Shown: one piece after another, positions 51,839-59,566 of the stretch
Layout: each line of letters starts with the position of its first letter
Position numbering within the stretch: the first letter of the stretch is position 1
Assembly (NCBI GenBank): GCA_965248445.1
Contig: CBDFJG010000004.1
Coordinates: 1,056,001-1,120,000, forward strand
Direction: 5' to 3'
Source: Planctomycetota bacterium
GTDB lineage: Bacteria > Planctomycetota > JAJSAM01 > JAJVHW01
Length of the DNA stretch: 64,000 nt
Position numbers and translations under genes: made by a program
The notes under the pieces: generated by a model
The model's database searches: none
What the model was told of the DNA's origin: nothing
The model's input: only the letters and a program-made list of their open reading frames with translations

Positions 51839-53245
51839 CTACCCATCTGCTTGGAAGGGGTCTGCGGGGAACTCACCGCCGGTCGGAGCTGCATCCGCGC
51901 CGGTGGCCGGCACGGCGGCGTCTCGCAACGCGAGTGTCTCGCGGTACTCCTGGGCCTCGGCGAGCAGCGTGAGTTCGAACGGCACGCCGCGCTTCTCAAG
52001 GGCGACGCCGATCTCATCCGTCGTGACGCGGAAGTACTCCTTCCGGCGGTTCACGAGGTTCACGCGGCGGTCGTCGAATTCGCGATGGAGCGCGGCCTCC
52101 AGGCCTGGGGCGTCCTCGGAGAACATCATGCCGTGGACGTCGAAGCCGAACGGCACCGACGCGTCCCCCAGTTCCTTCACGCGGTCCATCGGCTTGAGGC
52201 GCCTGGTCATCCCGATCTTGAGGATCCCGTCGCCGAACGACCCGACGTTGGACACGACGTAGACGAAGCCGGCGCGCGTCATCTGCGCGCGTGAGATCGC
52301 TCGCACCGTGTCCGAGTGCGCCTCGTCGAGCTGGGCCTGCAGTTTCTCGATCCGCTCGCTGAGGGCGTCGCGCTCCGCGCCATCGGCCGAGGCAATCTCT
52401 GCGCGTGCGGCCTCAAGCGCCCTTGCGTGCCGTGCCTCCTCGTCCTCCGCTTGCTTTCGCGCCTTCTCGATCTCCCGCTGCGCGCGTTCCTCGTCGCGCA
52501 TCTGCGCCCGGATGGCTCGCTGCTCCTCCGCCTCGGCCTGCTTCTTCTCGGCCATCTCGTGCCGTAGGCGGAGTTCCTCCAGCCGGAGCTTGTGGTAGCT
52601 CCACGTCAGCTCGATCTGCATGACGCCGCCGAGCTTGTTGATCGCGGCGAACGCCTTCTCTATCCGTGCTTCCATTCTCGTGACGTTGTTCCACTTCACC
52701 TTCGCAACGCAGGCATCGACCTCACCGTTGAACGCGCGCAGCAGGAGCTTTGCGTACTGCTTCTGCATCCGCTCGCCGTCGCGTCGGCTGCCACCGACTG
52801 TCCACTCCGCCAAGTAGTGCACCGCGCTACCGTCTCGCACCGCGCCGCGCTGCCGTTCGGAGAGACGCTTCAGGGCAGCCTTGTACTTCTCGGAGGTGTC
52901 GAAGTCGTAGTGCGGGCGATAGACCCCGAACGAGATGTCCTCCAGGTTGCCTTCCAGCAGATCGACATCGGCCTTGAGCCGGTCATGGAGCGCCTTCGCG
53001 TGCGTGTACGCTGCCTGCAGACTGGCGCGGCGTTCGGCAGCGGCGCTCTCGGCGCCTTCGATGGCGGCGCGAACGCCCAAGAGGTCCGCGCGCGCTTTCC
53101 GTGCGTCCTCCTCGGGATCGAGCACGCCCGCGAATCGCGCTTCGAGCGCACGGTGCTTCAACTCGAGGGCGCGCCTCCGGATCCAGAGGAACACGACGCC
53201 GGCGCTTGCACCGACCGCAACGAGGAAGACCAGGAACTCGAACAA
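51839..53245 (-). CDS. DUF4041 + T5orf172/GIY-YIG domain membrane protein
   Basis: TM, coiled coil, LLLRAFNGE, AGFVYVVSNVGSFG..KIGMTRRL.P.DRV.ELGDASVPF.FDVH, NRRKEYF. Confidence 0.9.
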   Translation of the reverse strand: MFEFLVFLVAVGASAGVVFLWIRRRALELKHRALEARFAGVLDPEEDARKARADLLGVRAAIEGAESAAAERRASLQAAYTHAKALHDRLKADVDLLEGNLEDISFGVYRPHYDFDTSEKYKAALKRLSERQRGAVRDGSAVHYLAEWTVGGSRRDGERMQKQYAKLLLRAFNGEVDACVAKVKWNNVTRMEARIEKAFAAINKLGGVMQIELTWSYHKLRLEELRLRHEMAEKKQAEAEEQRAIRAQMRDEERAQREIEKARKQAEDEEARHARALEAARAEIASADGAERDALSERIEKLQAQLDEAHSDTVRAISRAQMTRAGFVYVVSNVGSFGDGILKIGMTRRLKPMDRVKELGDASVPFGFDVHGMMFSEDAPGLEAALHREFDDRRVNLVNRRKEYFRVTTDEIGVALEKRGVPFELTLLAEAQEYRETLALRDAAVPATGADAAPTGGEFPADPFQADG

Positions 53246-53287
53246 CGCTCTCTCCGTCTCGCTGCCGCGCTTAGAGGAGGTCTCTCT

Positions 53288-53695
53288 TTAGAGGACTTCC
53301 TGCAGCGTGTCGAGCCACTGCTCGCGCAACCACACCGGCGTGCCGGCGGCCTCCACGCCGCCAGGCTTCCCCGTCGCGATCTTGAACAGCTCGATCGCCT
53401 GGGCATACAGGGCGGCGGCGATCCCTTCGTTCCCACGCTTCGACTCGCACTCCGCGGCCTTCATCCAGATGAACAGCGCGACGTTGGCATCGCTGAGCGC
53501 CTGGAACGTCTCGTCCACCCGCGACTTCCAGCTGAGGTCGAGGCTGCCGGACTGCTCGTTGATGTCAGCGGCGAGAGCCGTGACGAACTCCCTCTCCGTG
53601 GACGTGGAGATCCGGTTCTCGGGCACGGTCACGCTGCAGCAGCCCGTGACCACCAAGAGCGCTACGAGCCCGAACAACAGTGCGATCTTCGACAT
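53288..53695 (-). CDS. Hypothetical lipoprotein
   Basis: Lipobox VTGC; AAGGA RBS. Confidence 0.7.
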   Translation of the reverse strand: MSKIALLFGLVALLVVTGCCSVTVPENRISTSTEREFVTALAADINEQSGSLDLSWKSRVDETFQALSDANVALFIWMKAAECESKRGNEGIAAALYAQAIELFKIATGKPGGVEAAGTPVWLREQWLDTLQEVL

Positions 53696-53736
53696 CGTTT
53701 CCTTCTCCTCTATCGAGTGAAATGGGGGTTCGTGTG

Positions 53737-54396
53737 CTACTGCAGCAGCTTCGTCTGCTGCCCCGCGTGCCCCGCGTGCCGCGCGCCCAGCAGCAACCCG
53801 CGCCTGGAGTTCCGCAACCACGTCGCGGCAGACGGAACGGCCAGGTCGTGCGCGCGATCCGACGCCGTGTTGACGATCTGATCGACCAGTGCGCCGACCA
53901 GCATGCCCAGCACGTTGTCCTGCTGGTCCGACGAGTTCTGCTCGGCGACGTGCGATCCCTCCTAGAGCAGCGTGCCGGTCTGAGCGTCCACCAGGCGGCC
54001 GCTGACCGACACGATCGTCTGCGAGTTCAGGACCTGATAGCTCGTTCCCCAGTCGTGGACGTGGAGGTAGAGCACCGCGTCGGCCCCGATGATCTCGTGC
54101 AGCTTCGAGAGTTCAGCCGTACGCATCTCGGCGGGCGTCGGCAGGCCGTTCTCCTTGAGCATGCTGTCGACCACGGCGACGGGGAAGACGTAGTAACCGT
54201 GCTCCGCAATCGGCGCGGTCGCGACGCTCAGGTAGTTGTACGACGCGAGCGGTTCGACGGACTCGTTCGTGGGCGGCAGCACCAGGATCGAGCTGGGCAT
54301 GTGGGCCAGGTACTGGCTGTAGTCGTGCGGTTTCTGAGGCGCATTGCATGCGGCGGTCACCAGGAGCGCGAGCGCGGTCGCGACCACGGTGCGCAT
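53737..54396 (-). pseudogene. DUF799/GNA1162-family lipoprotein with in-frame TAG at 53962-53964
   Basis: PSSILVLPP.N.S, GYYVFPV, GADAVLY; LL*EG where LW.G is expected; frame continues LGMLVGALVDQI. Confidence 0.85.
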
Positions 54397-54740
54397 CACC
54401 GGCTCATCCTCGCGAGCAGCCCGTCCACGAACACCGCGGACTCGGGGAACGCCGCCTTCTCGGCTGACAGCATTCGCGCCCCCGCGTCGCCGTCGCCGGC
54501 CCTGAAGTACAGATAGCCCAGGTGGGCGCGGACGCCTGGCGGGACCGCGTCGGCTTCCGTCTCCGCGACCTGCTCCTCCAGCTCGAGGATGTGGTCGCCG
54601 AGTTCGAAGTCCTCGGCGTCGACCCACATCTCGTAGAGCGAGTCCTGGTAGTCGCCCCACGCGTACATCGTCTTCCGTGCGCACCCGGTCATGCAGACCG
54701 ACGCCAGAAGAGCCGTCGCAAGCCACATGCGCGCGCGCAC
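54396..54740 (-). CDS. DUF4810-family lipoprotein
   Basis: TGC lipobox, Y.WGDY, VPPGVRAHLGYLY, EKAAFPES. Confidence 0.88.
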   Translation of the reverse strand: MRARMWLATALLASVCMTGCARKTMYAWGDYQDSLYEMWVDAEDFELGDHILELEEQVAETEADAVPPGVRAHLGYLYFRAGDGDAGARMLSAEKAAFPESAVFVDGLLARMSR

Positions 54741-55492
54741 TAGTTGCCCCACGCGCCGCTCTCGACCGACGCGACCAGCTTGTTCACCGCGTCGGTGATC
54801 GACAGGTTGAGCACCTTGCCGTTCAGCGTCGCGTCGTACCCGGCGGTGCTCGCGAACCCCACGACCTCGCGCGTGCTGAGCGCGTACTCGCCCGCGCCTT
54901 GCACGGAGTAGACGACGCGCGACGTGCGCGTCTCCACGATGTTGAGCGACACCTTGGAGTAGGCCATCTGCTTGTGGCCGCGCCCGAGGATCCCGTACAG
55001 CTGACGATCCCCAGTGTTGCGGCGACCGAACTCCGTGACCTCGCCGGTGATCACGTACGCCGCGCCGGTGAGCGACTGGGGCGTCCCCAGGACGTCCGAC
55101 TCCCACGCGATCTCGTCGAGGTTGTCGCGATCGAGGAGCACGAACCGGCCCGACTGCGACAGGTGCGTCTTGAGGATCGTCTTCGCCTGAGTGCCGAGCC
55201 GGTCCTCGCCCGACGAGAACATGCCCTGCATGTACGGAGAGCGGTTCTGGAAGTTGCTGATCGCCAGACTCGGTCGGTGCCCGGAGTACGCCGTGCCGTA
55301 GCTCGTGACGGACTGCGTTGCGACGACCTGGTGGCTCTCGGACGCGCACCCGCTCGACACGCCAGCGACCAGCGCGGCCAGGGCGAGGCACGCCGCCGCG
55401 CGAGGACGGGTTCTCGGTCGAAACCTAGGCGGGCTTTCAGGGTCCGCGTCGTCGAAACTCGCTACGAAACGGGTGGCCAAACTCGTAAGCAT
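54740..55492 (-). CDS. CsgG/HfaB-family lipoprotein (start uncertain)
   Basis: F.NRSPY, LKTHLSQSGRF.LLDR, GEVTEFGR, AGYDATLNGKV. Confidence 0.88.
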   Translation of the reverse strand: MLTSLATRFVASFDDADPESPPRFRPRTRPRAAACLALAALVAGVSSGCASESHQVVATQSVTSYGTAYSGHRPSLAISNFQNRSPYMQGMFSSGEDRLGTQAKTILKTHLSQSGRFVLLDRDNLDEIAWESDVLGTPQSLTGAAYVITGEVTEFGRRNTGDRQLYGILGRGHKQMAYSKVSLNIVETRTSRVVYSVQGAGEYALSTREVVGFASTAGYDATLNGKVLNLSITDAVNKLVASVESGAWGN

Positions 55493-55505
55493 ACGTTCGT
55501 GAAAT
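55486..55505. promoter_or_regulatory. 20-bp motif copy 1 (putative promoter/operator)
   Basis: TAAGCATACGTTCGTGAAAT, 18/20 identical to 56230-56249. Confidence 0.55.
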
Positions 55506-55656
55506 AGGTCATGATCGGGTGCCCCGTCAAACCTAAAACTCGGAAGACGGCTGCCCGTCCTCGGGCTCGGACGAACTCGTGCCTCGCGCCAGGGCCGGGC
55601 GAACGCCGGTGATCGCACCGGTCTCCGGGTCGGTAGCGCGGGGCACGACACGCCAC

Positions 55657-55914
55657 CTACGCGGCGGTGGAGAGGTCCGTTGCGGCGGCCCGGAGGGCGT
55701 ACTGGAGGTCGAAGAACTCGTCCGCGGTGGGGTGGCGCTTCCCCGACTCGATGGCCTCGAGCCACGCGATCGAACGGAGGGCTTCCCCAGCGACAGCCTC
55801 TAGGCTGAGGCCCATCTCGCGCCGGAGCGCGCGCGCCTTCCACGCTGAGAAGCGGCGGCGGCGGGAACGGCGCCGAGGGAGGCGCGGGAGAGGGCGACGG
55901 CGGCGAGCGCTCAC
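55657..55914 (-). CDS. XRE-family HTH protein
   Basis: ARALRREMGLSLEAVA...LEAIESGKRHP. Confidence 0.7.
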   Translation of the reverse strand: MSARRRRPLPRLPRRRSRRRRFSAWKARALRREMGLSLEAVAGEALRSIAWLEAIESGKRHPTADEFFDLQYALRAAATDLSTAA

Positions 55915-55924
55915 GAGCCGGAGG

Positions 55925-56179
55925 CTACTCAGTGAAGTCCAGGACCTCGCACTCCAGGAGGAAGGCCAGGGCCAAGAGCTGATCGGCGTTCGGCTGCGTC
56001 TTGCCCTTCCTCCAGTTGTAGATCGTCTCGTTCGTGACCTCGCAGGGCTCCGCCAGGTGCCTGGTCTGGAGGCGGTCGCCGCGATCCTTGGCGCGGCTCT
56101 TCGCCTCCTTCCAGAGCACGGCGAACTTCTCGCTCGACCACCGCCGGCGGCGTGCGCCGCGAGACCTTTTTTCCCCCAC
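55925..56179 (-). CDS. XRE/Cro-like HTH protein
   Basis: LAEPCEVTNETIYNWRKGKTQP...LLALAFLL. Confidence 0.8.
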   Translation of the reverse strand: MGEKRSRGARRRRWSSEKFAVLWKEAKSRAKDRGDRLQTRHLAEPCEVTNETIYNWRKGKTQPNADQLLALAFLLECEVLDFTE

Positions 56180-56229
56180 CTAATCGCGCCCTCCGGCCCC
56201 GCCCCCACGCTCCAACATGGGCACACAGT

Positions 56230-56267
56230 TAAGCATACATTCGTTAAATCCCTTTTGGTGAACGAAT
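56230..56267. promoter_or_regulatory. Divergent control region: 20-bp motif copy 2 plus ATTCGTT-N15-AACGAAT inverted repeat
   Basis: AT-rich stretch between divergent HTH genes. Confidence 0.6.
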
Positions 56268-56343
56268 TTGGATATTGACCGAGCCGCGGCGGTGTCACAG
56301 GCTCGTTGAAGAGCGATACCAATCGAGCCGGAGGAAGCCCGCA

Positions 56344-56697
56344 ATGCAGGTGATCAGCCACAGGGAACGTCTCAAAGAACGTCTGGCTGCGCTCGTCCGC
56401 GAGGACGCGGATCGGGCGGCAGAGCGACTCGAGCTAGTCGGGCTCCTCCGCGGCTCAGGAGGCCCGACGACAACGCCGACCCAACGACGGTTGCTGGCTG
56501 TGCTGCGGGAGGAAGGGGCGCCGATGCGAGCGTGCGAGATTGCGGACCGTCTCTCGCTCGTGGGGGGCCGGGCACGCCACGGCATCGCCACGGACTGCTG
56601 CATCCTCCTAGCGCGGGGACAGCTCGCACGACTCAGGCGCGGCGTGTACGGGCTGCCCCCCGAGGCGGCGGGCGCGGAGGAGGGGAGCGGGAGGTGA
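56344..56697 (+). CDS. Winged-helix DNA-binding protein
   Basis: LLAVLREEGAPMRACEIADRL...GQLARLRRGVY. Confidence 0.65.
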   Translation: MQVISHRERLKERLAALVREDADRAAERLELVGLLRGSGGPTTTPTQRRLLAVLREEGAPMRACEIADRLSLVGGRARHGIATDCCILLARGQLARLRRGVYGLPPEAAGAEEGSGR

Positions 56698-57149
56698 GCA
56701 CCACCGTCCACTGCCTGTCCCGACGCGAGATCGAGTCGATCGATTGGCGCTCGACCGAGCCGGGCATCGCGATCTGCCTGGCGTACCCCAACGGCCGGAT
56801 CCACCGCGTCACGCCGGGGGATGGGCTCGTCGCCGTGCACCACACCAGGTTCTCTGACTGCGACGGCGAAGGCCGCTGGACGTTCCCGGAGAACAAGGCG
56901 GGCAACACGCCGATCCCGATGCTCCGCGGGCAGGCGCTCGACATCCTGGACTTCGCCCGCGCGCACGGCGACGTCGACGACGTGTACGTCGCGTGCATGG
57001 GCGGGGTGTCGCGGTCGCGCGGCGTCGCCGCTGGTCTTTGCGCCGTGCTCGGTTGGGACGACGCCGCCGTCTACGCGGAGGGCCAGCCGAACGCGCACTG
57101 CAAGTCGATGATCGTGGCGGCATCCCGACTTTGGGACGGAAGACCGTGA
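56694..57149 (+). CDS. Protein-tyrosine-phosphatase-like protein (CX5R)
   Basis: VYVACMGGVSRS, F.D loop, PN motif; GGAG RBS and GTGA overlap. Confidence 0.8.
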   Translation: MSTTVHCLSRREIESIDWRSTEPGIAICLAYPNGRIHRVTPGDGLVAVHHTRFSDCDGEGRWTFPENKAGNTPIPMLRGQALDILDFARAHGDVDDVYVACMGGVSRSRGVAAGLCAVLGWDDAAVYAEGQPNAHCKSMIVAASRLWDGRP

Positions 57150-57661
57150 TCGCCAGCGACCGCGAGCTGCTGTGGGCGGACGTGCCGAACGCCGTCAAAC
57201 TCGATGCGCAGCGACAGATCGACGACGCCGTGCAACGGGAGCGAGAGGCGATCCTGCGCCTCGACAGCGTGCGCGGGAGAGCGTGGTTCGAGATCCGCGG
57301 CCGCGGCGCCGGGGCGGCTGAGATCGCCGACGAGGAGGCGGAGCTGCTCCTTGCCGCCGTCGGCGGTGACGCTTCGAAGCTGCCCGCCATCCTGTGTCGC
57401 GGCGCCGCCCTGTTGCGCGAGGCGGAAGCGTCCGTAGCTCTCAGCCGTGACCCGGGCTGTCAGACGCACGCTGTCGCGCCCCACTTCGCCCCTCCTGACT
57501 CGCTTCCATCGTGGGCTGTCGCGCGCATCACGCGAGCGAGCGGGCTGTACGAGGGCCAGTGCGAGCACGGCATCGGGCATCCCATCGGCACGTTCCCCGA
57601 AGGGTACGGCGTCCACGGTTGCGACGGGTGCTGCGCACCGGGCTCGGGGCTACTGCCGTGA
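57146..57661 (+). CDS. Hypothetical phage-like protein with Cys/His-rich tail
   Basis: CEHGIGHP...HGCDGCC; GTGA overlaps. Confidence 0.65.
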   Translation: MIASDRELLWADVPNAVKLDAQRQIDDAVQREREAILRLDSVRGRAWFEIRGRGAGAAEIADEEAELLLAAVGGDASKLPAILCRGAALLREAEASVALSRDPGCQTHAVAPHFAPPDSLPSWAVARITRASGLYEGQCEHGIGHPIGTFPEGYGVHGCDGCCAPGSGLLP

Positions 57662-58014
57662 ACCTCCTCGACTTCCTGAGCGTCGTGATCGAGGACGGCA
57701 TCGCCGCGGCGCGCAAGAGCTACGCGAACGACCCCGAGAAGCGCGCCGGTGCCGTTGCCGGCTTCGAGGCGTGCCGTGGCAAGTCGCCGACCGAGTTGCT
57801 CGCGTTGCTCGAAGGCGCTCGCTCCGACACGCGACTCGCCTACGTGCTGGACGCCCGCGACTACTGGCGCGCACGGTGCTACGAGGCCGAGATCGAGTGG
57901 GTCTGCAACTGCGTCAGCGCCGTCCTCGAGAACGAGGGGCACGCACCGATCATCAACCCGACGTACCGGGGCGTGATGAAGGCGAACGCCGTCCTGCAGG
58001 GAGTTGCCGGGTGA
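57658..58014 (+). CDS. Hypothetical phage-like protein
   Basis: Coupled ORF in the operon, typical codon usage. Confidence 0.65.
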   Translation: MNLLDFLSVVIEDGIAAARKSYANDPEKRAGAVAGFEACRGKSPTELLALLEGARSDTRLAYVLDARDYWRARCYEAEIEWVCNCVSAVLENEGHAPIINPTYRGVMKANAVLQGVAG

Positions 58015-58421
58015 GCCTCCCGGTCCTCCTGACCGTGCCAGAGGTTGCCGAGTACTTGGGGGTCTCCCCGAGGACTGTGCAGCGCATGTGCAGCGAGGGG
58101 CGCATCCCCAGCGTGTCGTTCCGCGGCGGCTACCGCGTCCCGAGTGACGAGCTGGAGGCGTTCATCCGTCGGGCTGCGCGCGGGAGCGTTCGAGAGCCGC
58201 AGGAGCCTCGGCCAGCTCCCCCTCCCGAAGCGCGCGGTTATAGACAGTCTGCGACATCCGAGGCGATCGATGGCCCAGCAGCCGAGCGGTGGCTTGCGGA
58301 CGAAAGGCGTCTCCTTCGAGAGAAGATACGAACATTACGCGGAGGTCCTGAATGCGCAGCGTCGGGTGGCCGACGCGCTTCCGAAAGCGGCGCCAATACA
58401 GCCGGAGACCGTTCACGGTGA
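58011..58421 (+). CDS. Excisionase-like HTH protein
   Basis: LLTVPEVAEYLGVSPRTVQRMCSEGRIPSV...YRV. Confidence 0.85.
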   Translation: MSLPVLLTVPEVAEYLGVSPRTVQRMCSEGRIPSVSFRGGYRVPSDELEAFIRRAARGSVREPQEPRPAPPPEARGYRQSATSEAIDGPAAERWLADERRLLREKIRTLRGGPECAASGGRRASESGANTAGDRSR

Positions 58422-59232
58422 CCCCGGAGAACACGCGATGAGGACCATGCAGCGGAGCCGGGCCGCGGTGCTGCCAGAGGTGTGCGAGAATCTTGCGCAG
58501 CCGCGGGCTCATCTGGCACTCGGGCCGATACCCGCGCTTCTGCGCCGGTGGTCTCGCGGTCGAGAAGTCGTCGGCCACGAACTTCCACTCCAGCCCGAGT
58601 GCCTGCCCGCGCCGCACGCCCGTGTCCACGTAGAACGTGATGATGGGCCGGTACTTGTCGGACGCCGCGTCGAGGATGGCGTCCAGCTCCGTGCCAGGGA
58701 GATTCCGGACCTCGCGTGGCCTCGTGGACTCGAAGGTGATGACCCGGCGCCGTCCGCCCCCGCGGAAGGGGTTCCGGACGATGTGCCCGACCTCCTGCGC
58801 CTCATCGAACACCGGGGCGAGCACGTTGAACTCCCGCTTCAGCGTCGCGGGCGACAGCTGTCTCGCGCGGAGCCCGGCGAAGTACACCCGGATCTGCGCC
58901 GTGGTGATCTGGTCGAGCGGCGTGTGGCCGAAGAAGGCGTCCGCGCTGTTGAACGTGAAGACCGCTCGGTCGAACGTCGCGGGCATCACCTGCGCCGCGT
59001 AGAGCGCCAGGTAGTGGGTGTGGAGGAACGTCGTGAAGGCGGGGACCGCGACCTGCTGATGACGCGCGAACTCGAGGTCCGCGAGGAAGTCGGCCTGCCA
59101 GCGGCGGGCGTCGCGCTTCTTCTCCCCGAGGGCCTTCTTGCGGCGCCGCTTGCCAGCCGAGTCCGTGAAATCGAACCACCAGCCGGGCCGCTCAGCCCGC
59201 CGGAAAAGAACCGTTCTATCGCCTGTAGCCAT
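58162..59232 (-). CDS. Tyrosine integrase next to tRNA-Phe (divergent motifs)
   Basis: WWFDFTDSAGKRRR arm domain, TGVRRGQ, IQDLR, LLGH...VY. Confidence 0.88.
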   Translation of the reverse strand: MATGDRTVLFRRAERPGWWFDFTDSAGKRRRKKALGEKKRDARRWQADFLADLEFARHQQVAVPAFTTFLHTHYLALYAAQVMPATFDRAVFTFNSADAFFGHTPLDQITTAQIRVYFAGLRARQLSPATLKREFNVLAPVFDEAQEVGHIVRNPFRGGGRRRVITFESTRPREVRNLPGTELDAILDAASDKYRPIITFYVDTGVRRGQALGLEWKFVADDFSTARPPAQKRGYRPECQMSPRLRKILAHLWQHRGPAPLHGPHRVFSGVTVNGLRLYWRRFRKRVGHPTLRIQDLRVMFVSSLEGDAFRPQATARLLGHRSPRMSQTVYNRALREGELAEAPAALERSRAQPDG

Positions 59233-59252
59233 GAACAGACCGTACCAGAAAG

Positions 59253-59272
59253 TGCTGCCCGCGTTGCTGCCC
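59253..59272. repeat. TGCTGCCC direct repeat, candidate integrase arm-type sites
   Basis: 59253-59260 and 59265-59272, between the tRNA 3' end and the integrase start. Confidence 0.5.
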
Positions 59273-59341
59273 CGATCCCGATGCGCCTCTGGAGCGCTTG
59301 GCCGGTGATCGCTCAAACCCTTGCAAATACTGGGCTTAGCG

Positions 59342-59417
59342 TGGTGGGCAGAGGCAGACTTGAACTGCCGACCCCTGCATTTTCAGTGCAGTGCTCTACC
59401 AACTGAGCTACCTGCCC
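59342..59417 (-). tRNA. tRNA-Phe (GAA)
   Basis: 76 nt; acceptor GGGCAGG/TCTGCCC, anticodon arm CTGCA-CTGAAAA-TGCAG, GTTCAA T-loop, encoded CCA. Confidence 0.97.
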
Positions 59418-59566
59418 ACCGTCGTGTCGGACGTCGGGAGCGACGGTTCCACGCCGCTCCGCCGGATTGTCCCGGGGCGCCGAAGGTAGCCCGACGCGAC
59501 GCCGTCGGGAAGCAAGGTTGCCGGCGCGGCGGCGAGCAGGCGGAGCGGATCCGGCTGCGGTCGGGC

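Larger units (their letters stand above)
21199..59341. mobile_element. Composite decaying genomic island anchored at tRNA-Phe; left limit approximate
   Basis: Integrase at the tRNA 3' end, xis/XRE genes, seven IS copies or fragments, toxin and defence-like cargo; no second att copy seen. Confidence 0.7.

Noticed and set aside
53760..53780. GCCCCGCGT tandem repeat
   Set aside because: It encodes HAGHAG in the DUF799 tail; only two copies.
53962..53964. Pyrrolysine or alternative-code reading of TAG
   Set aside because: It sits at an expected Trp position and TAG is a normal stop elsewhere in the window (e.g. rpsT, def).
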